Assembly (NCBI GenBank): GCA_038064875.1
Contig: JBBTSC010000001.1
Coordinates: forward strand, 315,004-379,003
Length of the DNA: 64,000 bases
From: Patescibacteria group bacterium
GTDB taxonomy: Bacteria; Patescibacteriota; Saccharimonadia; Saccharimonadales; 2-12-FULL-41-12
Direction: 5' to 3'
Part shown: positions 1 to 8,947 of the stretch, one piece after another
How positions within the stretch are numbered: the stretch's first letter is position 1
Layout of the letters: every line of letters begins with the position of its first letter
Translations under genes and position numbers: made by a program
The notes under the pieces: model-generated
Told to the model about the DNA's origin: nothing
What the model saw: only the letters and a program-made list of their open reading frames with translations
Database searches by the model: none

Positions 1-744
1 GCTACAAAAGATATCGCACCAAATTGGTTGCTATCTGTACCCGACCCTAACGTCTCACTGGGGCACAAATGCGAGCCAGTCATGATAGAAGCTATCGTCC
101 GTGGCACACTACTCGGATCTGCATGGAGAGCCTACGAAAAGGGTGAGAGAGAAATCTCAGGCATACCAGTAGCGGATGGTCTTAGCGAATATCACATATT
201 TGAAACACCACTATTAACTCCAACCACAAAATCAGAAAACGACGAACCAATTACTTATCAAGAAATCATAGACCAAGGACTCGTAGACAAAGAGCACTTA
301 GACCAGATCAACGACTACGCACAGAAGTTATTTGCGCGTGGGCAAGAAATGGCCAAAGCCCGTGGATTGATCCTGGCTGACACAAAATACGAATTCGGAT
401 TCTTAAACGGCGAAATATATCTGATGGACGAAATCCATACACCCGACTCATCAAGATATTTTTATAAAGACAGCTACGACGCATACCTGTCTGGCAATAC
501 TGCTGGCAAACCAAAACAACTATCAAAAGAGTTCATGCGTGAATGGCTACTAGAAAAAGGCTTCTCAAACCAACCAGGAGAAACAGCTCCTGCCCTAGAT
601 GATGAAGTAATTGAAATGATCTCACAAAGATACATCGAACTATATGAAAAACTAATCGGCGAGAAATTTGTCCCAGACACCAGCGAGAACCCACTCGAGA
701 GGATCGAAGCAAATATTAATAAAGCATTGGATAATTCACAGTGA
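1..744 (+). CDS. purC: SAICAR synthetase, 5' end outside window
   Basis: Frame 1 is open from base 1, with no stop before the TTG at 28, so the gene is truncated by the window edge. Motifs LILADTKYEFG and MDEIHTPDSSRY are typical of PurC. The TGA stop overlaps the purB GTG (GTGA at 741-744). Confidence 0.85.
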   Translation, partial: ATKDIAPNWLLSVPDPNVSLGHKCEPVMIEAIVRGTLLGSAWRAYEKGEREISGIPVADGLSEYHIFETPLLTPTTKSENDEPITYQEIIDQGLVDKEHLDQINDYAQKLFARGQEMAKARGLILADTKYEFGFLNGEIYLMDEIHTPDSSRYFYKDSYDAYLSGNTAGKPKQLSKEFMREWLLEKGFSNQPGETAPALDDEVIEMISQRYIELYEKLIGEKFVPDTSENPLERIEANINKALDNSQ

Positions 745-2126
745 ACCTGGACGGCATTGATCCATTAGACGGCCGCTATTTTGACGCAGAAATCAGCAAA
801 CATCTATCAGAGAAAACTAGGATTATCTACCAAGCGAGGCTAGAAGGTGCACTTGCTAGCACTCTGGCTGATTGGGGAATTTGCGACAAAAGCCTAGCAG
901 ATGAAATCAACAAAGCAGCCAAAAACATAGACATAGAAAAAGTCCAGAAAGAAGAAGAGACGACTCGCCACGATATCAAAGCAATCGTCAACACGATCAA
1001 AGCAGAAATCAGTGACGAGGCAAAACCATACGTTCACTTTGGTGCTACGTCATACGACATCGTATCCAACGCCAGTGCTTTGCAGTTCAAAGACGCTATC
1101 CAAGAGTTAGTCTTGCCAAGGCTCGCTGAGCTTATAGAAACTTTGACTGGGCTGGCTGATACTTATAAATCCCAACCTCAAATAGGACGAACTCACGGTC
1201 AACACGCAGTACCAATAACTTTTGGCTTTGCTCTATCAGAATATGTATCTAGACTACGACTGAGCGGAGAAGCCCTACATGAACTTAGCCAGAACCTCCA
1301 TGGTAAATTCTCAGGAGCAGTCGGTGCCTACAACGCACTTAGTATATTCATAGACGATCCGATCAAATTCGAAAGAGATATCTTGAAAAAAATAGGTCTC
1401 CAACCATCAGAATCATCAACTCAAATAGTTCCTGCAGAAGTCATGATTCGCTTGCTTGACGAGCTTGCCATAACTAGCGGAATTATGGCCAACCTAGCCC
1501 ACGATATGCGGCACCTACAGAGGACTGAGATCAACGAAATCCGTGAACGATTCGAGGAAGGACAAACTGGCTCATCAACCATGGCCCACAAACGTAACCC
1601 ATGGAACTTCGAAAACGTGGTCAGTATGTCAAAGCAAGTTCTCGGACAAATAGTTAGCGCCAACCTCAATATTTCTAGCGAGCACCAACGGGATCTAACA
1701 GATTCTGCTTCTGCTAGATTCTACCCTATTGTATTAGCATCCGTTGCCTCTATGACAAAACGCCTCAACAATATAATGGGCAAAATCGAAGTTGATGAGC
1801 AGTCCATGCAGAAAAACCTAGAAATGACTGCCGGGGCAATAGCAGCCGAACCGCTATATCTATTGTTCGAAAAATACGGACACACATTGGCCCATGAGAA
1901 AGCTAAAAAACTAGCTCACACAGCCATAGACCTAGATCAACCTCTTGTAGATGTAATAACTGTTGATGAAGAGGCAAAAGCTTACTGGGATAAATTCAGC
2001 GAGAAGGAACAAGCCATCATCACGGCGCCTGAAAAAAACTACTTTGGTCTAGCTACCAAAAAGACTGAAATGATCGTAAAGAATTATAAAAAAAGTGAAT
2101 TCCGTAAACTGTATGGCAACACATAA
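741..2126 (+). CDS. purB: adenylosuccinate lyase
   Basis: 461 aa. Fumarate-lyase superfamily signature GSSTMAHKRNP and N-terminal DPLDGRY. Coupled to purC by a 4-nt overlap. Confidence 0.9.
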   Translation: MNLDGIDPLDGRYFDAEISKHLSEKTRIIYQARLEGALASTLADWGICDKSLADEINKAAKNIDIEKVQKEEETTRHDIKAIVNTIKAEISDEAKPYVHFGATSYDIVSNASALQFKDAIQELVLPRLAELIETLTGLADTYKSQPQIGRTHGQHAVPITFGFALSEYVSRLRLSGEALHELSQNLHGKFSGAVGAYNALSIFIDDPIKFERDILKKIGLQPSESSTQIVPAEVMIRLLDELAITSGIMANLAHDMRHLQRTEINEIRERFEEGQTGSSTMAHKRNPWNFENVVSMSKQVLGQIVSANLNISSEHQRDLTDSASARFYPIVLASVASMTKRLNNIMGKIEVDEQSMQKNLEMTAGAIAAEPLYLLFEKYGHTLAHEKAKKLAHTAIDLDQPLVDVITVDEEAKAYWDKFSEKEQAIITAPEKNYFGLATKKTEMIVKNYKKSEFRKLYGNT

Positions 2127-3972
2127 ACAAATTGCGATTTTAGATGCTGGTAGTCAATTTTGTGGGCAGATTGATAGAGTGGTCCACGAGCTGGATATTG
2201 ATTGCGATATTTTGCCTCTTGCCACTCCGTTATCAGATCTAGAAAAATACAAAGCTCTTATAATTTCTGGTGGGCCAGATAGTGTCAATGAGCTAGGATC
2301 AAAAGACTGTGATCCTGCAGTATTTACATCTGGTAAGCCAATACTTGGCATTTGTTACGGTATGCAACTTATTGCCAAACACCTTGGCGGATCTGTTGGT
2401 GACTCTGGCATGCGAGAAGATGGCAAGACTCAAACCACATTTTCCGACAACCCATTGTTTAAAAATATAGATTCAGATCAGCAAGTTTGGATGAGCCACG
2501 GCGACAGTGTCAATAAACTACCTGAAGGATTTGAAGTCATCGGAAAACACGGAGATTTTGTATCAGCTATAGCCAATGACCCAAAAAAGATTTATGGCCT
2601 GCAATTTCACCCAGAAGTACACAATACGCCAAAGGGTAAAGAAATTCTACGTAATTTTATATTCAATATTGCAGAACTCACCCCTGATTTTAAAGCAGAA
2701 GACCGCTTGCGAACAGTGCAGGAAGAAATCAAAAATATCATCGGAGACAAAGACGTTATCATGTATCTCAGCGGAGGAGTTGACTCCACCGTCATGGCAG
2801 TACTCATAGCCAAAACTATTGAAGACCCTCTCAAGATTCATGCCTACCACATAGACAATGGATTTATGCGCGCAGATGAGAGCAAAGCGGTAGAAAAAGT
2901 TCTCCATGACCTTGGCGTAGACGTCAATGTCATAAGCGCAGAAGACACGTTCCTAAATTCGACAACCACAATCGACGGCGTCAAGACAAAAAAACTATCT
3001 GAAGTTACAGACCCACAGCAAAAGCGCAAAATCATCGGTGATTGTTTTGCAACAATCCGCGAGGAAATAATCAAGGATAAAGAGTTGCCTTTAGATACCG
3101 TACTAGCTCAAGGAACTCTTCGGCCAGATATTATCGAGAGTGGATCAGATATGGCTGGTACGGGTCTAGATACGATCAAAACTCATCACAACGACACAGA
3201 TGGAATAAGAAAACTCCGCAAACAAGCACTAGTAGTAGAACCTCTGAAGTTCCTCTACAAAGACCAAGTACGAGTACTCGGACGTGACTTAGGATTACCA
3301 GACAGTATAGTAGACAGACATCCATTTCCAGGCCCAGGTTTGGCTATCAGAATCATCTGTTCTGACGGAACGATTAATAATCAATCTCAAATCAGCGAAG
3401 CCAACGCTAAGCTCCAAGACATCTTGAAAGATTCTGGAATAGAAGGCGATGTCTTACCTGTCCAAACTGTCGGTGTCCAAGGAGATGGAAGAACATACTC
3501 CCTGCTCGCCGTTATTCGGTGCGATAATCCTAATTGGCCTAAGCTAGCTGAATATACTCGCAAAATTACCAACGCAAAAATCGGTATTAACCGCGTCGCA
3601 TACGGATTCGTCAACAAACCACCACTTGCAGATCCTGTAGAAACTTTTCTAAACGACCAAACTACCACTGAGCTCAAAGAGGCTGACAAAATTGTCAGAG
3701 ATATCATCAACAACGATGGCTCAAAATTAGGAATTAGCCAGATGCCTGTCATATTGGTTCCTACTTCATTTGGTCAACCAGGCCAAAGATCTATCGCCAT
3801 CCGACCATTCATCACACCTGATTTCATGACAGGAGAAGCGGGCCTCCCAGGAATTGGAATGCCGAAAGAAACTATTAAAAATTGCGTTTCTCAGTTACTA
3901 GAACTAGACAATTTCAGCCAAGTATTGCTGGATTTAACAAGTAAACCACCAGGGACGACAGAATGGGAATGA
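2113..3972 (+). CDS. guaA: GMP synthase (glutamine-hydrolysing), long eukaryote-like form
   Basis: GATase-1 motifs GICYGMQ and QFHPEV, ATP-PPase P-loop SGGVDS, and IKTHHNDT, HPFPGPGLAIR and C-terminal DLTSKPPGTTEWE. Start placed at ATG 2113 (MATHKQIAILDAG) rather than the longest ORF at 2095. Confidence 0.9.
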   Translation: MATHKQIAILDAGSQFCGQIDRVVHELDIDCDILPLATPLSDLEKYKALIISGGPDSVNELGSKDCDPAVFTSGKPILGICYGMQLIAKHLGGSVGDSGMREDGKTQTTFSDNPLFKNIDSDQQVWMSHGDSVNKLPEGFEVIGKHGDFVSAIANDPKKIYGLQFHPEVHNTPKGKEILRNFIFNIAELTPDFKAEDRLRTVQEEIKNIIGDKDVIMYLSGGVDSTVMAVLIAKTIEDPLKIHAYHIDNGFMRADESKAVEKVLHDLGVDVNVISAEDTFLNSTTTIDGVKTKKLSEVTDPQQKRKIIGDCFATIREEIIKDKELPLDTVLAQGTLRPDIIESGSDMAGTGLDTIKTHHNDTDGIRKLRKQALVVEPLKFLYKDQVRVLGRDLGLPDSIVDRHPFPGPGLAIRIICSDGTINNQSQISEANAKLQDILKDSGIEGDVLPVQTVGVQGDGRTYSLLAVIRCDNPNWPKLAEYTRKITNAKIGINRVAYGFVNKPPLADPVETFLNDQTTTELKEADKIVRDIINNDGSKLGISQMPVILVPTSFGQPGQRSIAIRPFITPDFMTGEAGLPGIGMPKETIKNCVSQLLELDNFSQVLLDLTSKPPGTTEWE

Positions 3973-5189
3973 GCGGATCAGTAACAGTAGTTTTAGGGCT
4001 ACAGAGAGGAGACGAAGGCAAAGGTCGTTTTGTTGATGAGCTAGCCAGTAGCCACGACATAGTTGCTAGGTTCAACGGTGGCCCAAATGCTGGCCACACC
4101 GTAGTCCTACCAGACAACACCGAACTTGATTTGCACCTAGTGCCATCTGGAATTGCTCACTCAAATGTAGTCAATATTATTGGCAACGGATGCCTAATCG
4201 ACCCAATAAAACTATTAAAAGAATTCTCAGACATTGAAGCCAAAGACATCAAAGTAACTCCGGACAACCTAAAGATCAGTGCAAATGCTCACCTAATTTT
4301 GCCAAGTCATATTGAAGGCGACAAAGCTAGAGAAGTTACAGAGCAAGCTCAGGGCAGTACTAATTCTGGAATCGCCCAAGTATCTGCAGACAAATATTCA
4401 AGATCAGGAATAACTCTCAATCAAGCTCTTTCAAATCTTGATGCGCTTCTTGGAAAATCAAATCAAGAATATGTAGATGCTGTGAGACAATTAGAACAAT
4501 TTTCTGCAGACACAACTATATATATTAACCGGCAACTCACTGACGGTAAAAAAGTTCTTGCTGAAGGTGCCCAAGCCTTCTTGCTCGATATTGATCACGG
4601 AATGTATCCTTTTGTGACTTCATCAACCACGACAGTTGGTGGTGTCTGCACAGGGCTTGGTATTGCGCCAAAATATATCGACCAAGTTATTGGCGTGATC
4701 AAAGCTACTCAATCACACGTTGGTGGAGGTCCTTTCGTCACAGAAATTACAGATGAGAATCTACTTGGGCAACTTCGAGGCAAACAAACAGAAGTCGATG
4801 GAGAGTTCGGTACGACTACCGGACGAGCCAGACGAATGGGTCATCTTGATCTGCCACAAATCAAAAGAGCAATTATGGTAAATGGTATAACCCACTTAGC
4901 GATAACAAAGGTTGATTGTATCCCAAGATACGGTAATCAAATACAAATCTGTACCAGCTACAAAGACGTCGGTGATATTGCTCCAGTATCAGCTGATGCC
5001 TTAGATCAATCTACTCCTGAGTACGAAAATTTGCCATCATGGACAGAAGATATCTCAGTAATTGATGATTTTGATAGCCTGCCTGAAAATGCAAAAAACT
5101 ACATAAAATTTATAGAAGAAAAACTAACAACACCGATCTTCCGCATAGGCGTCGGCCCCAACCGAGACCAAGTCATCAAACTGTCTTAA
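3963..5189 (+). CDS. purA: adenylosuccinate synthetase
   Basis: GLQRGDEGKGRFVD, GGPNAGHT and GTTTGRARR motifs. An alternative start at ATG 3969 forms an ATGA overlap with the guaA stop. Confidence 0.9.
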   Translation: MGMSGSVTVVLGLQRGDEGKGRFVDELASSHDIVARFNGGPNAGHTVVLPDNTELDLHLVPSGIAHSNVVNIIGNGCLIDPIKLLKEFSDIEAKDIKVTPDNLKISANAHLILPSHIEGDKAREVTEQAQGSTNSGIAQVSADKYSRSGITLNQALSNLDALLGKSNQEYVDAVRQLEQFSADTTIYINRQLTDGKKVLAEGAQAFLLDIDHGMYPFVTSSTTTVGGVCTGLGIAPKYIDQVIGVIKATQSHVGGGPFVTEITDENLLGQLRGKQTEVDGEFGTTTGRARRMGHLDLPQIKRAIMVNGITHLAITKVDCIPRYGNQIQICTSYKDVGDIAPVSADALDQSTPEYENLPSWTEDISVIDDFDSLPENAKNYIKFIEEKLTTPIFRIGVGPNRDQVIKLS

Positions 5190-5203
5190 AGAAGATACAA
5201 ATA

Positions 5204-5232
5204 TTGACTTTTTGATTAATTTATGTTAATAT
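5204..5232 (+). promoter_or_regulatory. sigma-70-type promoter (TTGACT-17 nt-TAATAT)
   Basis: TTGACT at 5204-5209, a 17-nt spacer, then TAATAT at 5227-5232, directly after the purA stop and upstream of the 82-aa ORF. Confidence 0.5.
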
Positions 5233-5288
5233 ATTACAGTTTCGTTGAGGCAATTTTGCTTCCGAAGTACCTTGATAAGTAGCGTAGC

Positions 5289-5334
5289 GAGATGAGATAT
5301 AAGAACATAATTTTATGTTTTAATATCTCATCTC
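5289..5334 (+). promoter_or_regulatory. 46-nt near-perfect palindrome / leader hairpin
   Basis: gagatgagatat (5289-5300) pairs perfectly with atatctcatctc (5323-5334). An inner aacataa/ttatgtt pairing gives 20 of 23 positions complementary. It lies between the promoter and the RBS of the 82-aa ORF. Confidence 0.5.
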
Positions 5335-5371
5335 AGTATAACGAGTTGAAAACCAACAACAAGGAGAAAGC

Positions 5372-5620
5372 ATGTCTGGATCACAAAATCCTACAGCAGA
5401 AAACCAAAAACAAACTGCGTTTTTGGGGAAAGAAATCTTGGTTATGGCAAAGCCCTTCGGCGATGTCACATCAGCCGAGATTGATAAAGCTGAACAAGAA
5501 CTCGAGGCGATCTCGATTCCTGGCAATGCCAATTCGTTCGTCCCATGGGCCGACCCACTCATTCCTTTTGAATGCGAGTGTGGTGCAATCATCTATGCGG
5601 ACAGCGAACACGAACATTGA
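5372..5620 (+). CDS. small hypothetical protein (82 aa, FECECG motif)
   Basis: Strong SD AAGGAG 7 nt upstream of the ATG, its own promoter, and a GC-rich hairpin downstream. I recognise no family. Confidence 0.5.
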   Translation: MSGSQNPTAENQKQTAFLGKEILVMAKPFGDVTSAEIDKAEQELEAISIPGNANSFVPWADPLIPFECECGAIIYADSEHEH

Positions 5621-5636
5621 TCCAACCCCTGGATCA

Positions 5637-5677
5637 GCGGGCGCTTTAAGCGATTACATACGGCTTTTAGCGCCCGC
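5637..5677 (+). terminator. GC-rich hairpin downstream of the 82-aa ORF
   Basis: gcgggcgct (5637-5645) pairs with agcgcccgc (5669-5677) across a 23-nt loop. The U tract is weak (cttttacc), so this is not a textbook intrinsic terminator. Confidence 0.3.
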
Positions 5678-5806
5678 ACCGAACTTTTACCTTGTCAATC
5701 TTTGACTTTTTCAACACTTTTATACCAAACCTACTCTACCTATCTACCTTACTCTAGAATTGTGTGATTCTACTGAAGAGTTCAAAAGAACGAAAGTAAG
5801 AGTTTT

Positions 5807-6922
5807 TTAAGTTACGATTTGATCAAGCTTGTTTTGGTCTATTGCTGATTTGATTTCTATTGCTATTCTTTTGCCGTAGCTCATAGATTCGCCGTGCATG
5901 TATCCAGAATACGGAGTCGATGCTGTGCCTGGGCTACCAGGGATTCTCATACTGACATCAAAGATAAATATTTCCTCACTCGGTGGACCGGCAGTAACTG
6001 CACCTTGTAGGGCAAATGGCCCAACCATCCCTGGAGGATAAACACCCTCTACCGCTTCAACAAATTGTTCGCCGAGTTCATAAATTTTACTTAGTAATGA
6101 TTCTTTGACTGTAACTGCAATATGTCCGTTTTCAATGTATTTTGGCTGGACTTTTGCTAAAACTTTTCCTTGCTCTGAAGCCGTCAGACGGAGAAGTCCA
6201 TCGATATTTGTTTGCCTACGGATATCTGTACCCATAAGTTCAAGTCGTTTCTCAACGCCTGAGTAAAAAAAGTTTAAATTGATCATTGGACCCAAGACAA
6301 ATTCTTCAATCACTGGACTTTGGTCTGCAAAACTATTACCAAAACGTTTTTGCATTTCGTGCTCATACTCTCCTGCGTTATCCACCAAAAAGAAATCTCT
6401 CTCATAACTTCGTTCTTGCTCATTAGCCTTAACTATAACTAGACGATCAATATCTTTATAGTTTGCAAATTGCTTTGGTAATTTAATGCCGGCTTTTTCA
6501 AGCAAGAAATACTGGTTTTTTTCTTCATCACGTTCTTCTTTTTTGACCAAGATTCTATTGCCGAATATTGGCACCAAGAAAGTATTTTCTACCTGCTCAT
6601 AATCACAATAAACCCAGAAATATCGACTGTGTATAAAAATAGAGTTGCGAGATAACAACTCTTTTTGAACTACTTCGCTTGTCACATCTTTAAAACTATC
6701 AACTACTATAACATCGTCTACACATCCACGAACTCCGTCAGTCTTGTAATGTTTTTCGTAAACTTCGTGGCGTCCTTTTTGAGCAACAACAAGTGTACGA
6801 AAACCTTGGTCCTTAGCACCACGACAGACATCCAGCGCACTGTGACCACCAAGAGTCGCGATAGTAATTTCGCTTTTGTTATATTTGCTTAGTACTTCAG
6901 AGATATCTTGCTGAGTGATCAT
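5807..6922 (-). CDS. PurP-like ATP-grasp protein, divergent paralog
   Basis: N-terminal ITIATLGGHSALDVCRGAKDQGFRT matches the PurP N-domain signature. The C-terminal half (GPFALQG, FDVSMRIPGSPG, GKRIAIEIK) is a divergent version of PurP blocks. 4-nt overlap with the upstream purP. Confidence 0.7.
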   Translation of the reverse strand: MITQQDISEVLSKYNKSEITIATLGGHSALDVCRGAKDQGFRTLVVAQKGRHEVYEKHYKTDGVRGCVDDVIVVDSFKDVTSEVVQKELLSRNSIFIHSRYFWVYCDYEQVENTFLVPIFGNRILVKKEERDEEKNQYFLLEKAGIKLPKQFANYKDIDRLVIVKANEQERSYERDFFLVDNAGEYEHEMQKRFGNSFADQSPVIEEFVLGPMINLNFFYSGVEKRLELMGTDIRRQTNIDGLLRLTASEQGKVLAKVQPKYIENGHIAVTVKESLLSKIYELGEQFVEAVEGVYPPGMVGPFALQGAVTAGPPSEEIFIFDVSMRIPGSPGTASTPYSGYMHGESMSYGKRIAIEIKSAIDQNKLDQIVT

Positions 6923-7932
6923 CCAGTAACCTCGTCCAGTTTATCTTGCTCAATGGCGTTTTTAATTTCCCGAGCAATTCGCCGACCCGTGCTCATAGGC
7001 TCTGAATATCGAAGAGCTGTGTAAGGAGATCCGTCAACATATGGGTTAGATCCAGCTACGATTCGGGCAGAAATCTCAAAAACAAAATATTCCATGTCTG
7101 GCGTTACAACCATTTCCAAACAAAATGGACCAAACATTCCCTTTTCAGTTAGTTCTTTTGATTTGTCGACAACCTGCCGACCCATTCTGAAAAATTCTGC
7201 CAGCATGGACTCACGTGCGACAATCGGAATATTGCCAATGATGTTATATGAAGTTTGCAGATGAAGATCTAGCTGATCCTGCGCACTAATTCGGCCAATA
7301 GAGTCGACATTGGTCTCATATCTCTTATCCATACTCATGATTTCTAGCTCATCCGTAAGGGGTGAGTAGAAATAGTGAACATAGATAGGATTACCAATAA
7401 TATATTCTTGGATCATATACTTTACATCTTTGTGTTCTTGGATCTTGTCTTCAAATTCTGTTTTATTTTTAGCCAAAAAATAACCCTTGCCACCACCTGC
7501 ACCGTTGAACTTAATGATTGCTGGTCTGTCGATATCCTCCGCCTTATCAAAAATCTTCGGCATGGTGAGTCCAGAGTCTAGTAGCCATTGTCTTTGTTTA
7601 ACTCTACTTTCCTCGAGCCTGAGAACCTGTTTGTCGCCAAAATATAACATCTTATTTTGCTCCAGCTGATCGACTGAACACGCGGCAAATAGTGTCCCGT
7701 GTGGGATCAAAATAGCATTTTTATCAATAAGTTCTTGCTCTAGCCCATTGAAGTCTGGGTACTCATCTATACTGATTATCTCGTCAGCAACCCTGTAAGA
7801 TCTGTATGGCTCTTCGTATCCTTTTTTCACTACCGCGATCGTCTTGAACCCTTCGTCTTTCGCACCTTTGAGTATCTGTAGTGCGGAATGACTACCTAGA
7901 GTTGCAATACTGTAGTTTTTTGAATCTGCCAT
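6919..7932 (-). CDS. purP: 5-formaminoimidazole-4-carboxamide ribonucleotide (FAICAR) synthetase, archaeal type
   Basis: SIATLGSHSALQILKGAKDEGF, HYFYSPL, MDKRYETN, GNIPIVARES, GPFCLE, FEISARIVAGSN and MSTGRRIAREIK closely resemble the M. jannaschii PurP sequence as I recall it. Confidence 0.85.
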   Translation of the reverse strand: MADSKNYSIATLGSHSALQILKGAKDEGFKTIAVVKKGYEEPYRSYRVADEIISIDEYPDFNGLEQELIDKNAILIPHGTLFAACSVDQLEQNKMLYFGDKQVLRLEESRVKQRQWLLDSGLTMPKIFDKAEDIDRPAIIKFNGAGGGKGYFLAKNKTEFEDKIQEHKDVKYMIQEYIIGNPIYVHYFYSPLTDELEIMSMDKRYETNVDSIGRISAQDQLDLHLQTSYNIIGNIPIVARESMLAEFFRMGRQVVDKSKELTEKGMFGPFCLEMVVTPDMEYFVFEISARIVAGSNPYVDGSPYTALRYSEPMSTGRRIAREIKNAIEQDKLDEVTG

Positions 7933-7980
7933 ATTTTTAATATTCCAATAATAGTACCATTAATGGACGATAAGAGCAAT

Positions 7981-8922
7981 CTATAGGGACTCTAAATATT
8001 TGCGAATATTGAGCGCAGAAGTCGCACCTTCGCCTATAGCACTAGCAATTTGCATAGTTGCGCCACTGCGTACATCCCCAGCGCAGAAGACTCCTGAAAT
8101 GTTTGTCTCTAGGTTTTCATCCGTCTTAATCAGGCCGATCTCGTCAAATTCTATACCAGTGTTTTTCAAAAACCCTGTATTTGGTAGTAGCCCTATAAAT
8201 ACAAAAACCCCGTTAGTATCAAATTCAACTTTTTTGCCAGATTTTTTATCTGTGCCAACCACTTTATTTACTTTTCCATCATCGCCACCCACTATCTTGT
8301 CAGTAGTTGTATTCATATGAACTTTAATCTGTGGAAATTTGTCAAGCTCCTTAATGAGCACATCGCTGGCTCGAAATTTGTCACCACGGACTAATAGGTC
8401 AATGTGAGTAGCAAATTTGGTCAAGAAAATTGCTTCTTGAACCGCAGAATTACCGCCACCGACTACAACGAGCTTCTTGTCTCTATAAAATGCGCCGTCA
8501 CAGGTAGCACAATAATGCACACCCTTGCCATAGAATTCAGCTTCACCTGGGATTCCAAGTTTATTGTAATCACTGCCAGTAGAAATAAGAACTGCCTTTG
8601 CTTTGATGTCTCCATCTGTAGTTGAAACTGTTTTGTATTTGCCTGAATCCTTAATATTGAGCACTTCACCAAATTCTATCTTTGCCCCAAAACGTACGGC
8701 TTGCTGTTCTAGTTGTTCTGCAAGCTCCAGGCCTGAAACACCTTTCGCAAAGCCAGGATAATTATCTACCCAGTCAGTTGTAGCCGCTAGTCCGCCAATC
8801 ACTCCCTTTTCATAGAGTACGGTTGATAAGTCTTCGCGGGTAGTATAAATAGCAGCTGAAAGCGAAGCTGGCCCAGCTCCAACCATCAATACATCCCAAA
8901 TCTTTTCTGTCGTCTCACTCAT
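7981..8922 (-). CDS. trxB: thioredoxin-disulfide reductase
   Basis: FAD motif VGAGPASLSAAIY, redox-active CATCDG, and NADPH motif VVGGGNSAVQEA. Confidence 0.92.
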   Translation of the reverse strand: MSETTEKIWDVLMVGAGPASLSAAIYTTREDLSTVLYEKGVIGGLAATTDWVDNYPGFAKGVSGLELAEQLEQQAVRFGAKIEFGEVLNIKDSGKYKTVSTTDGDIKAKAVLISTGSDYNKLGIPGEAEFYGKGVHYCATCDGAFYRDKKLVVVGGGNSAVQEAIFLTKFATHIDLLVRGDKFRASDVLIKELDKFPQIKVHMNTTTDKIVGGDDGKVNKVVGTDKKSGKKVEFDTNGVFVFIGLLPNTGFLKNTGIEFDEIGLIKTDENLETNISGVFCAGDVRSGATMQIASAIGEGATSALNIRKYLESL

Positions 8923-8947
8923 TATTACTCCAATCTACTTAATTTAT

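Noticed and set aside
2095-2112. Longest-ORF starts for guaA (2095), the PAP2 gene (46272), pheA (51851), the membrane protein (52638), the coiled-coil gene (22955) and the beta-propeller gene (29737)
   Set aside because: Each of these starts would create a long overlap with the upstream gene or add a non-conserved N-terminal peptide. For the PAP2, coiled-coil and beta-propeller genes the internal start also has a clearly better SD; for guaA, pheA and the 52707 membrane protein the choice rests on N-terminal homology or promoter context only.
5233-5371. Purine or ZTP riboswitch in the leader of the 82-aa ORF
   Set aside because: The sequence does not contain the conserved purine-aptamer or pfl/ZTP core motifs as I recall them.
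5292-5705. 137-aa plus-strand ORF, plus the 90-aa minus-strand ORF 5320..5592, both overlapping the 82-aa ORF
   Set aside because: Neither has an SD. The 137-aa ORF starts inside the leader palindrome and runs through the GC hairpin. The 82-aa frame has the strong SD and the more protein-like sequence.
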